The position numbers were made by a program, and so were the translations under genes. This document shows, in pieces, positions 25,488-38,380 of a DNA stretch of 64,000 nt (position 1 is the first letter of the stretch; each line of letters starts with the position of its first letter). The notes under the pieces were generated by a model. It made no database searches, was not told the origin of the DNA, and was given only the letters and a program-made list of their open reading frames with translations. This stretch comes from Eledone cirrhosa (taxonomy: Eukaryota), in assembly GCA_964016885.1 (NCBI GenBank), contig OZ024740.1, positions 415,090,001 to 415,154,000 of the forward strand, written 5' to 3'.

Positions 25488-25611
25488 TATATATATATAT
25501 ATATATAATGAATAACGTATCTAACAGTCGACTGATGAGCTGGAACTGTCTGTATTTGTTCATTCATTTTTATGTCTTCTCCCATATTTTTTTTCATTAT
25601 ATATGTATATA

Positions 25612-25802
25612 GGGCGGTGGATTGGCAGAACCGGTAGAGCGTCGGACACCATACTTTGCAGCAAAGAGTTACGGTTCTTTATGGTTTGAGTTAAAATCCC
25701 GCCAAGGTTAATTTTGCATTTCATCCTTATGGGGTCGATAAAATAAAGTACCCGTAATGCACTGGGATAATTGCTGGCCTTGTGCCAAAAGTAGAAACAA
25801 TT
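25612..25802 (+). mobile_element. SINE family A
   Basis: Full-length match to family A. Confidence 0.85.
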
Positions 25803-26006
25803 ATATATATATATATATATATATATCAAACAAGAGACATGTATCATAAGAGTGGAAGAGAAATAATTATGGTAAAATATATTAGATGCGAATAGGTGTA
25901 TTGAGTATTCCTCTGAAGGAATAATTATTCCAGTAATGGTAAATATCTTTCGCTGTTGTATACATTGGACTACCTTCCAGCAACATCATTAAAGACACTA
26001 ATGTTT

Positions 26007-26069
26007 CTTCTCTGAAGATTCTAAGAGATGTTATATTGATATTTCCTAGATGAAACACCGTGTAAGGAG
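26007..26069 (+). ncRNA. type I hammerhead ribozyme motif
   Basis: cttct CTGAAGA ttctaagagatgtta..tgatatttcctagat GAAA caccgtg TA aggag. Confidence 0.75.
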
Positions 26070-26115
26070 TCAATTCTGTTTTTGAATGTATTGCTTTTTC
26101 CTCCATTTATTTTTA

Positions 26116-26170
<55 letters not shown>

Positions 26171-26307
26171 GTGTGTGTATGTGTCGGGTTTAATCGGGAG
26201 AAACCACAGTATTATATGTAGGAGGTGAGTTTTATTGTAGTACAATAAAGCAATGCAGATATCGGATAAGTAGCACTCTACAGTTTGTAGGACTGGAGTA
26301 TAAATAA

Positions 26308-26824
26308 TATATAAGATCAAAAGATGGTTAAAAGAGTTCCATGTATTTTATTATGCGCATTTCAAAAACAAATATCATCATGCAATAACATTTGCGTTTT
26401 CGTTATCTGATGAAAACGCAAATGTTATTGCATGATGATATTTGTTTTTGAAATGCGCATAATAAAATACATGGAACTCTTTTAACCATCTTTTGATCTT
26501 ATATATATATATATATATATATATAAAGAAAAAAAGATGAAATCGAAAATGCAACTGGAGTCTTATTTTTTTTTAAATATATATATTTATTTGGTTCCTT
26601 TACCGGTTTCGCAGTTCTTCTGCTTTTCAAAAGTAGAGTTGAGATGGAGGGTCTGTGGTTTTTCTCACATCTGATGTGAGAAAAACCACAGACCCTCCAT
26701 CTCAACTCTACTTTTGAAAAGCAGAAGAACTGCGAAACCGGTAAAGGAACCCAAATAAATATATATATATATTTTTAAATAAGACTCCAGTTGCATTTTC
26801 GATTTCATCTTTTTTTTCTTTATA
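26308..26824. repeat. two adjacent TA-flanked fold-backs (26308-26505 and 26522-26824) with decayed hammerhead-like cores
   Basis: Near-perfect arms. Second contains ctt TTGAAAA gcag aagaa ctgc GAAA ccgg TA aagg. Confidence 0.75.
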
Positions 26825-26878
26825 CTTTCACTCGTGTAGGACACCTGGGTTATTTTTCATTTTGTAAAAAAACCTCAC

Positions 26879-27009
<131 letters not shown>

Positions 27010-27020
27010 CATATATATAC

Positions 27021-27062
<42 letters not shown>

Positions 27063-27102
27063 ATACATATATATATACATACATATATATATATATATAT
27101 AT

Positions 27103-27621
27103 ATGGTGGCTGCCAACTCGTTTTCGAGTACGGCCACTGCTTTATATCCATGTAGGAGAACCCCTACCGATGCGCTGAACGAATGTGACTTTTTAGTCCA
27201 GCCAGCGACTTGAAAACTCTGGTACAAAGACTACACTTGTGACCATTATTGACACATAGTGCATCATATTGACCATGTGATGACAAGTGCAGAGAGATCT
27301 CCAGATATAAAGCAATGCCTGTGCTGTGAAGCTTTTATAGTGAGCAAAGGCACTGCACAAAGCCAGTCCCACTCTCTTAACCAAGATGATATTTACCAAA
27401 AAGAAGAACAAGTCAACATCATTGGATACCATCAGGGTTGCAGGTGTTATATCAGAGTTTTCCTTCTCCTAGAATTCTGCCTTGACAAAGGCTAAGGGGT
27501 CATCTCTCCCGGTGATTTTGGATGGCTATTGAGTCTTAAGAGCTCCCTTGCCCTATGAGAATTGAACTCACGACCTTTCGATTGCAAGTCTAATGCTCTA
27601 ACCACTAAGCAATGTGCCTTC
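27103..27621 (-). mobile_element. composite SINE-like element: tRNA-derived head + unique body + RTE 3' tail
   Basis: Head gaaggcacattgcttagtggttagagc...gagttcaattctc (A/B boxes); 3' ~150 nt match RTE end at 12271; (TA)n tail. Confidence 0.7.
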
Positions 27622-27783
27622 ATGTGTATGTGTATGTGTATATGAATGCGTGTGTGGCCGAGTAGGGTATTGGACATACAATTGTAAGGTCATAAGTTCA
27701 ATTCTTAAACCGTGTGGTGCAATGTGTTAGTGACACTTTATTTCATGTTGCTTGTTAAGATAATCTGGAGCCTCTATCATTAA

Positions 27784-27996
27784 GCCTTTAACATTTAAAC
27801 CGGTCGTATCCGGATAGAATTCTCTCACCTCTTTCTCTTTAAAACGGCCATAACCAGCAGCTCATACTGACGTTAAGGTATTGTTCTCAAAATAAATAAT
27901 ATCAAAATCTTGCAGATTTTATATTATGTGAGAGAATTATGTGAGATAAAGTCTTTACTGTGAAAATACAATAGTATATATAGAGTAGGTAAAGGG
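27784..27996. mobile_element. piggyBac-like MITE
   Basis: TTAA|gcctttaacattta...taaaggg|TTAA; second copy at 50871-51487 in reverse orientation. Confidence 0.6.
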
Positions 27997-28374
27997 TTAA
28001 AACACCGAAGAAACATCCTATAAGATGCCGCCTACGAGGCTGCTAACTAAACCTGCATAGGTGTGAGATGTAAATGCCATTTCTTTTTTCAGATACATAA
28101 TTTTCCCTTTTCATTCATTCAGAGTTACTAACGATTTTCGTTACGTTTTTGTTTTCCTTTCTATCAGCGAGGGCAACTTTGATAACTTAAGAGCTTATTG
28201 CATGCACCCCTTGGTACACTACTCGTCCTTTTTGCACCTGGTCACTTTGAGTTATTTTATTTTATAGCTCACTTTAGCTTGTGTGAGCATGTATGTTCGT
28301 AGTATATATTTTATATATCTATATATTTTATATATATATATATATTTTATATATATATATATATATTATATATT

Positions 28375-28434
<60 letters not shown>

Positions 28435-28850
28435 CATGATGCATGTATGTATCTTTGTGTGGCATGGTCGGATGCGTGCAATAAACAGAACATTATCAAT
28501 AAACCGATAAATCGGCAACAATAAGGAGGCCTATCTCCTCTCACACGTCTTTTAGACGGCAAACTCTCTGTAAACTCACTAACATGATAACTTTACACAC
28601 GATACACTGCTAAATGGCGCTGTTGTAAATTAAATAAGCTCAATAGAAAGTTACATTCATTTTATCGAATACTACTTTTTATTGTAAATCTATTGAGGGA
28701 ACGGCTGTAATGGGTGGTATAGTGTCCCTTTTGGTACCACCTCCAGCTAAGCCCATTCGAAGAGCTTATGTGGTCGCACGAGTGGCTAGAAACAACAACA
28801 AAATCTCCTGCAAATCTCTCTCTCACGTCTTTGGAAGAAACATATTGGAT

Positions 28851-29035
28851 AATTGTTTCTACTTTTGGCACAAGGCCAGCAATTATCCCAGTGCATTACT
28901 GGTACTTTATTTTATCGACCCCATAAGGATGAAAGGCAAAGTTAACCTCGGCGGGATTTGAACTCAGAATGGCAAGGGCCGTAACTCTATGCATCAGAGC
29001 ATGGTGTCCGACGCTCTACCGATACTGCCAATCCA
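28851..29035 (-). mobile_element. SINE family A, between two ~88-bp direct repeats (28766-28853, 29056-29143)
   Basis: Reverse-complement match to family A. Confidence 0.85.
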
Positions 29036-29858
29036 TACGTTATATCTTAAACATATTACGTGGTTGCACGAGTGGCGAGAAGCAACAACAAAATCTCCTG
29101 CAAATCTCACTCTCACATCTTTGAAAGAAACATATTGGATAATGTAGTCAGGAGTTCGTTATATCTGAAAGAAAAAACAGAGGAAGAGAGGATGACCATA
29201 TCTCGATTCCTTTGAACATAGTTTAATTTGGGGTTAAACAAAAGAAATTTCACCTATTAGGCGGGACGGCCTTTAGAAGCTGGCAATGAATACGCGAACC
29301 TCCGATGAAATATTCTAAATTCAATGAAACCAAAAGTTGCGCTCAAATATTCTACCAACGCCCTCATTTCTATCTTCATATTCCACATTTATCGCTATTC
29401 TTGTATCTTCGTTGAGTCACAAAAAAGGGGGAGTTTGGAAGTTCGACGCTAGATAAATGTAATGTTTTTGTAATTAAGAATAAATCGTTTATTTCAGAAG
29501 CGGTGGAAGCATTTCTGAATTAAGCGTGGGCGAGGAGTGGGCGGGGGGGAAATTTGGACAATTTAGTTGTGATTAGTTTAGCTCTTTGCACTCTAAAATG
29601 GTCAGAAAACTTGGATATGCGATAAACATAACATGTACATAAATAGTTGCGCATATCCAAATAGATGTGTGTTTTGGTAGTTTGGGGAGAAAATATAATT
29701 ATTGGATGAGAACACCCCCCCCCCCCCAGTTCCACAGTCACTGTATATATATATATATAATTTTTTTTAAATATGCTCTGTGCCCTTTCCTATGGGGTTA
29801 ATATATCAAACTTCTACGCATTTGGTAAGAAACTGCATTATACCCAACTTATTCATCT

Positions 29859-29934
<76 letters not shown>

Positions 29935-30038
29935 CGGCCAGTTCACGTGTAGGTCACTTTAACGGCCATAACTCATACGAGCTGGTAGTTGGCATTATAT
30001 TTGCAGACCGTGGGACTTAGTCCTATAGGATGGAAATA

Positions 30039-30118
30039 GCTATCTGATGAAGTTTACTTTTCCGTTGGAAATTCTCTGAATTTCTAATCTTTTGTAAATG
30101 GAAACCGCCGGTAATAGC
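30039..30118 (+). ncRNA. type I hammerhead ribozyme motif
   Basis: gctat CTGATGA agtttac...gtaaatg GAAA ccgccgg TA atagc. Confidence 0.8.
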
Positions 30119-30535
30119 ATTACGAACAGGTAGATATTTAAATCATTTTTTAATTTATTTAAAGGATTGTTTAATGTTTGTTTGTTCTGCTCATCTCAAT
30201 TTTTATAGTTCTGGTATCTCAAATTAGTACCATAGAACAACAATTATATTACAGACACCCTATATATCTCTATGGGTACTTAGTACTCAGAGAGATATTT
30301 ACCTCATTTATATATATATATATATATTCATTTATCATGGCTATTGGTGAGCTTTGTTACTCTAAAGTTTCACCTGCGCACTTCCAGGTTCACCAGTCTT
30401 GTCTGGTGAGTACGCAGGTGAGACTCCAGAGTAACAAGGCTTATCCATAATAAATGAATATGTAAACTCTACTTCGGTATTCAGTTTTCATTCTTACGTC
30501 CGTCAATAATTCACGAACTCTCAGGTCTTGAATAA

Positions 30536-32254
30536 CACCGTGTAACAAAAAAAAATTGTTCTCTGTTCCTGGCTTGTAATCACTTTTTTGTGTTGTTTAG
30601 GTCCCAAATAAATAAAAAGTGCTATTAAACAGTTAAAAGTTTGTGTTTGTAAAAATTCTAAGCTATTCACTAAAATTATTTGTATGCTGGATTTTAGGTT
30701 GTAGGTAAGTTTAATTTGCTTATGTTAAATGATTTTTTTTATATATGTTTCAGGTTAAATTAAAATGATAAAATAAAGAGTAATACCTAAAGAAAATTAT
30801 AAAAGTGCAATAAAGTATAAAATTGTTAAAAAGTGGATTAAAGAGATTTATTGATACTGGATTTTCGCACCCTGAAAAGTTGTAAGGGTAAGTTGTGTTT
30901 TAAGCATTCGTCTCCAGGATGAAGCAGTGGAACTTGGTCAATGAGGAAGTGCAGGTGACAAGTCAGAAAAGTCGACACGAACCTTTCTCAGGCTTTGACA
31001 CTCTTAGGGATGGCCTCTGGTTCTGCCATGACGTGCCTGGACTGTTTGACGTTATTGGGGTGCCGTTTATAGACAGCTCCACCACAAGTTTGAAGGCTGT
31101 CCTCCTCCACAATGGAAACAAGTTCCCGACACTGCCCCTAGCTCATTCAGTCTGCCTGAAGGAAGATTACTACAGTGTGAAAGTCCTCTTGGAAGCTCTG
31201 CAATACAACCAGTACAATTGGAAAATCATTGGAGACTTCAAGATGGTGGCTTTGCTGCTTGGACTCCAAGAAGGCTTTATCAAATTCCAATGCTTCCTCT
31301 GCCTTTGGGACAGCAGAGCCACCTCTGACCACTACAAAAGAAAGAACTGAGAGCAGCGAACAGAATTTGTAGTTGGGACCCGGAACGTCATGTGGGAGCC
31401 ACTGATTGCTCCCAGGATTGTTCTTATGCCGCCACTGCACATTAAGTTGGGGTTGATGAAGCAGTTTGTGAAGGCTCTCAACCAAGAATCAGCCGCTTTT
31501 AAGTACCTTCTTGAGTTCTTCCCCAAGTTATCTGAGGCCAAAATCAAAGGTGGAATTTTTGTTGGACCTCAGATAAAGAAGGTGTTTGAGTCTACTGAGT
31601 TCTCCAATAAGCTCAATAGGATTGAGAGAACAGCATGGAACTGTTTCAAGGTAGTTGTTAAGGGCTTCCTGGGCAACTACAGAGCTGAAAACTACCAGCA
31701 ACTGGTGCAGGATCTGATAAAGGCTTTTGGCGCCATGGGATGCAGGATGTCGCTGAAACTCCATATGCTGGACGCTCACCTGGAAAAATTCAAGGACAAT
31801 ATGGGCGCCTACTCAGAAGAACAAGGCGAACGATTCCACCAAGATGTGAAAGAGAGAGCGGAGGTACCAGGGCCACTACAATGAAAAAATGATGGGGGAC
31901 TATATCTGGGGGCTAGTGCGGAAATGCGACCTGGACTACAACCGCAAATCCAGGAAATCCAGTCATTTCTGACGTGTATAAGTTGCTTTATAAGTGTTAT
32001 TTGTGTTTACTTGTTTGCTTTTAATAAGCTTGTGTAATAAAATAAATATATACACTGTTGATTTAAAATATATGAACTGATAAATTTTTTTAAAATGTGT
32101 TTTTTCTTGAAAAATATGAAAATTTCGAAATATCAAACTTCTGACCACAAACCCAAACTTCTAATTAAATAATAGTGTTTGTTTATAATAATGGGATATA
32201 ATAAACCAGGAAATAATATTTAAAATCGGGGAACAAAAGATATATTACACGTTG
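30536..32254 (+). mobile_element. Chapaev3-like (CMC superfamily) DNA transposon, internally deleted, transposase pseudogene ~30910-31960
   Basis: FIDSS..SLKAVLLHNGN, IGDFKMVALLLGLQ.G..K..CFLCLWDSRA, PPLHIKLGLMKQFVKAL, SEEQGERFHQD. TAA|CACCGTGTAAC...ATTACACGTTG|TAA. Stop at 31348 and frameshift ~31855. Confidence 0.85.
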
Positions 32255-32559
32255 TAATCGTCCCCACCCCCGCTTATTAATTTGTCAGATTTCTCCCCCC
32301 CCCATCCCGTTTTTATTCCCCCCACCCACTTATTACATTTTACTAATCTATCTCCGGCGAAATTTTATTGTAAGTGATTCATATTGATACAGCAGCTGGA
32401 GAATCTAATAATTTTATTTTATATTAAAAAAACATTACATATGACAAAAAGAGAACATTACAAGAAATCCCATATTTACGAACGTACACTATATAACTAC
32501 CAAGCCCCCGCCCCCAACTCGCCCACCCCTACTATTATTTGGGACTCGAGAGTGCCACC

Positions 32560-32878
32560 AAACTCTCCTCCTCTTTATGTCTATCACACAAAATTCTCTT
32601 TTAACCCCCACCCCCGCTGTATCTACTAAAACCAAACTCTATCCCTCTCTATATCTACCAGGACATCGCCTCTCTTATCCCACTCTCTATATCTAAGACT
32701 AATACACTCTCTCACTCTCTATAAATATCTATCACCCCTAAACTCTCCCCCACTCTATATCTACTACACGGCACTCTCCCATTATCCCTCTCTGTATATC
32801 TACAACAACCAAATTCTCCCCCTCTCTATACTACCACACGGAACTCTCTCCCAACCCCCTCTCTATATCAATTACCAC
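32560..32878 (+). repeat. degenerate CT-rich ~30/60-bp minisatellite, resuming at 38625-39070
   Basis: Repeated ctctctatatcta/ctctctatatcaattacca/aaactctccccc motifs on both sides of the LINE. Confidence 0.75.
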
Positions 32879-33078
32879 TTGATATAGACGTGAATTACTT
32901 CGCTCCAGATTTTTACGGATTATTGTCAAAAAAACTGTGAGTTCATTGCTCAATTTAATAGCATTATTTAGTTTAACCCCTTGTCTGGGCTGTCAGACGT
33001 TGAGTCAACTAATTTTCGCCCCTTTCTGGGGCGAAATTTTCATTTTCATCTCAAAACTGTGTAGACTTGGTATCAGCA

Positions 33079-34895
33079 ATGGATACCATTTCCACCTCGC
33101 ACACTGTCGTGAGTGCCACGCCCACTAAGAAAAGTGGTGGAGGGAAGGTAGGAGTACAAAGCTTGCAACCTTCCCCCCTCACATTATCGAAAAACGTTGA
33201 AAATATTGAAACCACGAAACCAAACCCGGTAAATAATACCAGCACCAACAACAAGAACAATGACAATAACACCACAACCAACAACTGCAACAATAGCAAC
33301 ACCAAGGAAAATATGAACAATATTACCAACAGTGACAACAACAGCAGCAACAAAAAAAGACAACAACACCAAAACAACATTCGCACAGACTGTAAAAAAA
33401 ACGAACTATACACTCCAATAGACATAACAAATGCTAAACAACTATTACAAGACGCAAAACAATTCGTGACTTTTGGCGAAAACGGTCCTTTTAGCATCAA
33501 TTCTCCACAGGAATTACGTAGAGAGGCTGTCCTGAAAACTGTGGTTTTCAGGACAATATCGAACGAAACAAGAAAACCAGCTTAATTATCACAAAATGAA
33601 ATTGAGCTGGTTCTAAAAGATGCAATGAAGGACATAACCTTCATACAAAAAGGTAAACTGTTTGGTAGCATTTCGGTGCTAATGAACAACCAGTCAACAG
33701 CACAAAAGTACTCGGTATCACCCATTGTGTCCCCCCGCTTCACCTTTTTCCCCACATACAGGGGAAAAAGGACACAAAGAATAAAAATAATGAGTATCAC
33801 ACCAAATGTAAATATTTGGTGGATACTATGTGGAATCATTGACTTTGATGAAGACAAGATAATTTCAATAGGAAAGTCTCCCGGAGGTGTATTTGGTGGG
33901 ACCAGCGTAGAAGTTCTGGTGCAAATGAGCCCAGAACGAATAGCGAATATCCCACAACGCGTGCCTCTGGACGGGCTAACTTATATAAACATTTCAGTGG
34001 AGGGAAGGCGGCCGTCATGTTACCACTGCTTAAGCAGGGGTCACCTGAGGGCTGCCTGTCCTCAATTAACGAGTAAAAAAAAAAGGCTCTTCTGCCAACC
34101 CCGAACACAACAACACAACCACCACCACCAACACCACCACCACAACAACAACAACAACAACAGCAACCACAACAACACGGAAAAATAACAACACAAAACA
34201 CTGTTCCACCCAACCCCTCCCCACCTAAAACAAATACAAAAGCAACCACAACAAAACCCCAAAATATACCCCTCCCCAACAACACGGAAGAGGACTCCGT
34301 ATCAACGTCACCCAGTGACGACGAGGGAGAACCCTTTCAACAGGTGAAATGGAAAAAAAAGGCACCACATTAACAAAAATCCCACAAACACACAACCACC
34401 AGCACAAACAGAACAAACATCACAAATAAAAAAACCCACCCTCCCCAAAACATAATACATACTACAAAACGCAAACACGCACAAGAACAACAAACAAAAA
34501 CAAACACAACACAACAAAAACTCTATACATACATTAACAAGAACAATAAAACGTTGATGAAAGCGATAGAAAATAACCCTTCGGTGGAAACCGAAGGGAT
34601 CACTTTCACCTACGCAGCGAAAAAACCGCACCTAATGATGATTAGGGTCCCAACGGAAACCTATGTAACTTTGAAAAAGAACCATCCAATGCATGTGGGG
34701 ACCAACTGCACCAAACCACTTAACCACGTCCTATTGAGATGTTTCCCCACACCAGACACCCACACCCCACCAAACACCCTAATCCCACCACACACTGATG
34801 TCCTCACCCCACCACAAACCACCACCCCACCAAACAACCCTTCCAACACCCCCATGGAAATTGTGCAGCTTGGTCGCCAGGAGACGAATAGGTAA
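33079..34895 (+). pseudogene. LINE ORF1 (gag-like, CCHC zinc knuckle)
   Basis: VEGRRPSCYHCLSRGHLRAACP (CX2CX4HX4C); in-frame TAA at 33583; frameshifts in the A/C-rich region. Confidence 0.8.
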
Positions 34896-34938
34896 GTAAT
34901 TTCCTTTCCTTTATTTTTTTAAACTCTTCAGCACGAAC

Positions 34939-37900
34939 ATGGCCAATATAAGAGTTGGATGTGTGAATGCACGCAGCCTGGGGATGTCCTGGAAACAGGG
35001 CAAACTCTTAAATGACCTCAGGTCGCACAGAGTGGATGTAATGGTTATTTGCGAGTCCAGGATCAGCAGCGAGCGCCAACTGGCCCCCATCTTCGACGAC
35101 TTTGAGATCTACGCATCTCTCTGTCAGCCGAGGGGTGGGGGTGGGGTTGTCGTTCTGCTGCGAAAATACCTGGGTCTTGCCACACAGAAGGTACACCTGG
35201 ACCCGGAGGGTCGACTGGTAGTTTTAGACGTCGGCAGTGGTGAAGGTGGAGCCTTCAGGCTGGTGGCAGCGTATGCCCCATCTGGGACACCGCGACCGGA
35301 CTTCTTCCGACGCCTGGAGAATTTCCTGGGAACGTCTCGCTCCTTGCTTTTAGTGGGGGACTGGAATGGTATCCTGGATGCACGTTGGGACTATGTAGGG
35401 GCATGTCCCGATAGAGGGGGGTGTAACAGCCTCAAACGATTAATCGGCCGATTTGATCTGGCCGATAGATATCGACTAGATTTTCCGACTGTGCCACGGT
35501 GGACGTGGAGTAATCGCAGCGGAACATCTAGGTCGTACCTAGATAGGTTCCTAGTTAGAAATAAGGATAGGGACATATTAAGCTGTCCACGAATGTTCAT
35601 GGTTGACTATTCGGATCACAAGTTGGTGACCGGAGTGGTCAACCTTGATAGAACTCATAGACAGGGACCCGGTTACTGGAAGCTAAACTTGTCTTTACCG
35701 ACAGACAAAGCTTACAGTAAGCGGATTAGCACACTAGTTAAGCAGCGTTTGACGCGGGCAATTGTCAACAGCAGGTGGTGGGGCTCTCTCAAGAGAGAAA
35801 TTAGAATAGAATCGATAGGTTTTAGTCGGGAATTAGCATCAGAGAGGAATAGAACTGAAAGGGAATTAACAAATAGAGTAGAAGAGGCGATTAGGAGTGG
35901 CAACGTGGCCGGCGTGCTGACGTCAAGAACGGCCCTAGACCAGTTCTTTGATGCGAAGCACGAGGGCTGCGTTGTCAGGAGTAAAATACGTGCTCTGAGT
36001 AACGAGGGAGCCAAAGATGTTAGCTGGGCCCGAGTAACAGAGGCAAAAAGTGGAAACAAGTCCACGATTCGGTCTTTGAAGGACCAGGATGGACGCGTGA
36101 TCTTTGAACCTGAGCGGATGAGCGCGGCCTTTCAACGGCGCTTTGCACAACTGTTCGGGAGGGGCGGCGGGCCGGGTGGGGCCATGGATTTCGGTTCATA
36201 CCTCGACGGTCTGGCGCGGCTCTCGGACGGGGAGGCGAATTCCTTCGAGAGGCCGATTTCAGCCGCTGAAATAGGGGAAGCGCTGAGCCAATGCGGCAAA
36301 CGCAAATCTCCGGGTCTCGATGGTCTACCATACGAACTTTATGTAGCGATGCCGGGCGTGTTCTCCGGTCTCCTCGAGGCGGTCTACTGCAACTGGCAAC
36401 AGAACGGGAGAATTCCCAGTTCTGTGACCAAGGGCGTAGTCACGCTGGTGAGGAAGGACGAGAACAAGGGGGATGACATAGATAACTTCAGGCCCATAAC
36501 TCTGCTAAACACAGAGTTAAAGATTTTGGCCAAGGTGTTAGCGAAGAGGTTGGCGCTTGTCGTCGGGAACCTGGTGGGAGAAGCGCAGTCATGCGCAATG
36601 CCGTCCAGGTCCATACACGACAACCTCCACCTCATGTGATACATCGTAGAGAGGGTAGGGAACGAACCCGGCTTTGGTGGGGCCCTGATCAACTTGGATC
36701 AATCTAAGGCGTTTGATAGGGTTGACCATCGGTACCTGGATGCGGTGCTCGCGGCGGCAGGCTTCGGACCCGTTTTCAGGGGCTGGATTGCTGCAATGCA
36801 CAGCAGCAACACCTGCTCGAGGGTCAAGGTGAACGGATACCTCTCGTAGCCGTTCCAAATCACGCGATCCATCCGACAGAGATGCTCTCTCTCCTCCCTC
36901 CTGTATGTGCTGGCTCTCGAGCCACTACTGCGGAAGCTGGAGCCGTTGCAGGGCATCCCCTTGGAACCGGGATTGCGGAAAGCGGTGTCGGCCTACGCTG
37001 ATGACGTGACAGTAATGGTGTCATGCGCCTCGGAAATCGGGCAGATCGGCACCTTACTGGAGGAATATGAAAGGTTCACAGGAGCCAAGCTGAACCGGGA
37101 CAAGTCCGTCGGTTTGCAGCTCGGGACGTGGAGGGGAAAAACGATGCCCTCCGACGGCATCGTCGGACGCTGGACGGAGGGACCGGTGAAGCTGCTCGGG
37201 GTCTGGTTCGGACCGGACCTCCAGGTGGAGAAAAACTGGGACGAGGTAACGGGCAAGGTGTTAGCGCTCGCCCAGAAGTGGGCCGAGTGCAAACTATCCC
37301 TGAAAGGTCGAGCGGAGGTGGCGAACGCTTATATATCGTCCGTCATCTACTACCGCTTGATCGTTGTGCCTTGCCCAGAGAAAACACTCGCCAAAATGGA
37401 GCGCGCGCTCTTCCGATTTCTTTGGAAGAAGCGGGATACTTTGGTGAGAAGATCCATCTGCTGTCAACACCCTTCGAACGGAGGGATGGGGATGCCGTGG
37501 CTGACGATGCGTAGACACGCATTAAGGCTACGGCACCTCCAGGTATTCCTCACCCGTCAGCCGGTGTGGGCCCTGTTTGTGAGGCGAGCCTTTCCGAGAC
37601 TCGTCTCACTCGCCGAGCTGCAATCCTGGGTCAAGCAAAGACCGAGAAAAGTGGGCGACTGGCACATTGAATGTGCCCAGGCGCTCACGGCCCTCTGGCA
37701 AGCGGATCCGGCAATCAGTGGAGACTCAACCTCAACATTCTATAGAGGGTTGGTGCGCAGTAAGTGCGACGACGCTCTCGGAGAGGCTCTGGGCATGGAG
37801 GAAGATGAGCTGGCCAGTCTGTTCGGTAGGACGTTGGGCTCGGGACCGATGGACAACTTCCAAAAGTCCCTGGCTTGGCAATGTTACCGAGGAGCTCTCC

Positions 37901-38380
37901 CCGTTCGGGACAAGCTCTACAGACACGGGCGCCTGGGTAGGGACCCCTCGATCGAAGAAGATCTGTCCGAGATGCGTGCGTGACGAGGAAACCGTCGCAC
38001 ACGCATTCGTACACTGCCCGAGCGTTGCTGACCTGTGGGGCTATGTGGAACGACTACTGTCGCGGGTGGGACCAATCCGGTTGACCACCGAGAACATTGT
38101 CACGATCAAACCGCCTCCCCCTTTCAAAAACGAAGGAGAGGCGGTTTTCCTCTGTGTGATAGCCATGATGAAAGAAGTTGTATGGTGGACAAGGTTGAAA
38201 GGGCTGAGGTCAGACACCTTTCTCTCCGGCCAACAACTGGTCTTTTTTTTCAAGTACCACTTTAGAAGAAGGATCAGAATGGAGAGAGAGGTGCTCTACC
38301 CCAGCAAGTTTTATGAAAGGTGGGTGAAAGTAGCAAGAATGGCCCGAGTGAATGGGCCCTCTCTATATATCAGCCTGTAG
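34939..38380 (+). pseudogene. LINE ORF2: APE endonuclease, RT, C-terminal zinc motif
   Basis: NARSL, YAPS, GDWN, SYLDR, SDH, GYWKLN, KSPGLDGL, NFRPITLLN, DQSKAFDRV, AYADD, GGMGMP, CPRC..EETVAHAFVHC. Stops at 36637 and 36847, frameshift ~37950. Confidence 0.95.

Noticed and set aside
25530-25560. CTGATGA at 25532 (also ~19566 and ~26407) as a hammerhead
   Set aside because: No correctly placed GAAA-UH with a pairing stem I; not counted.
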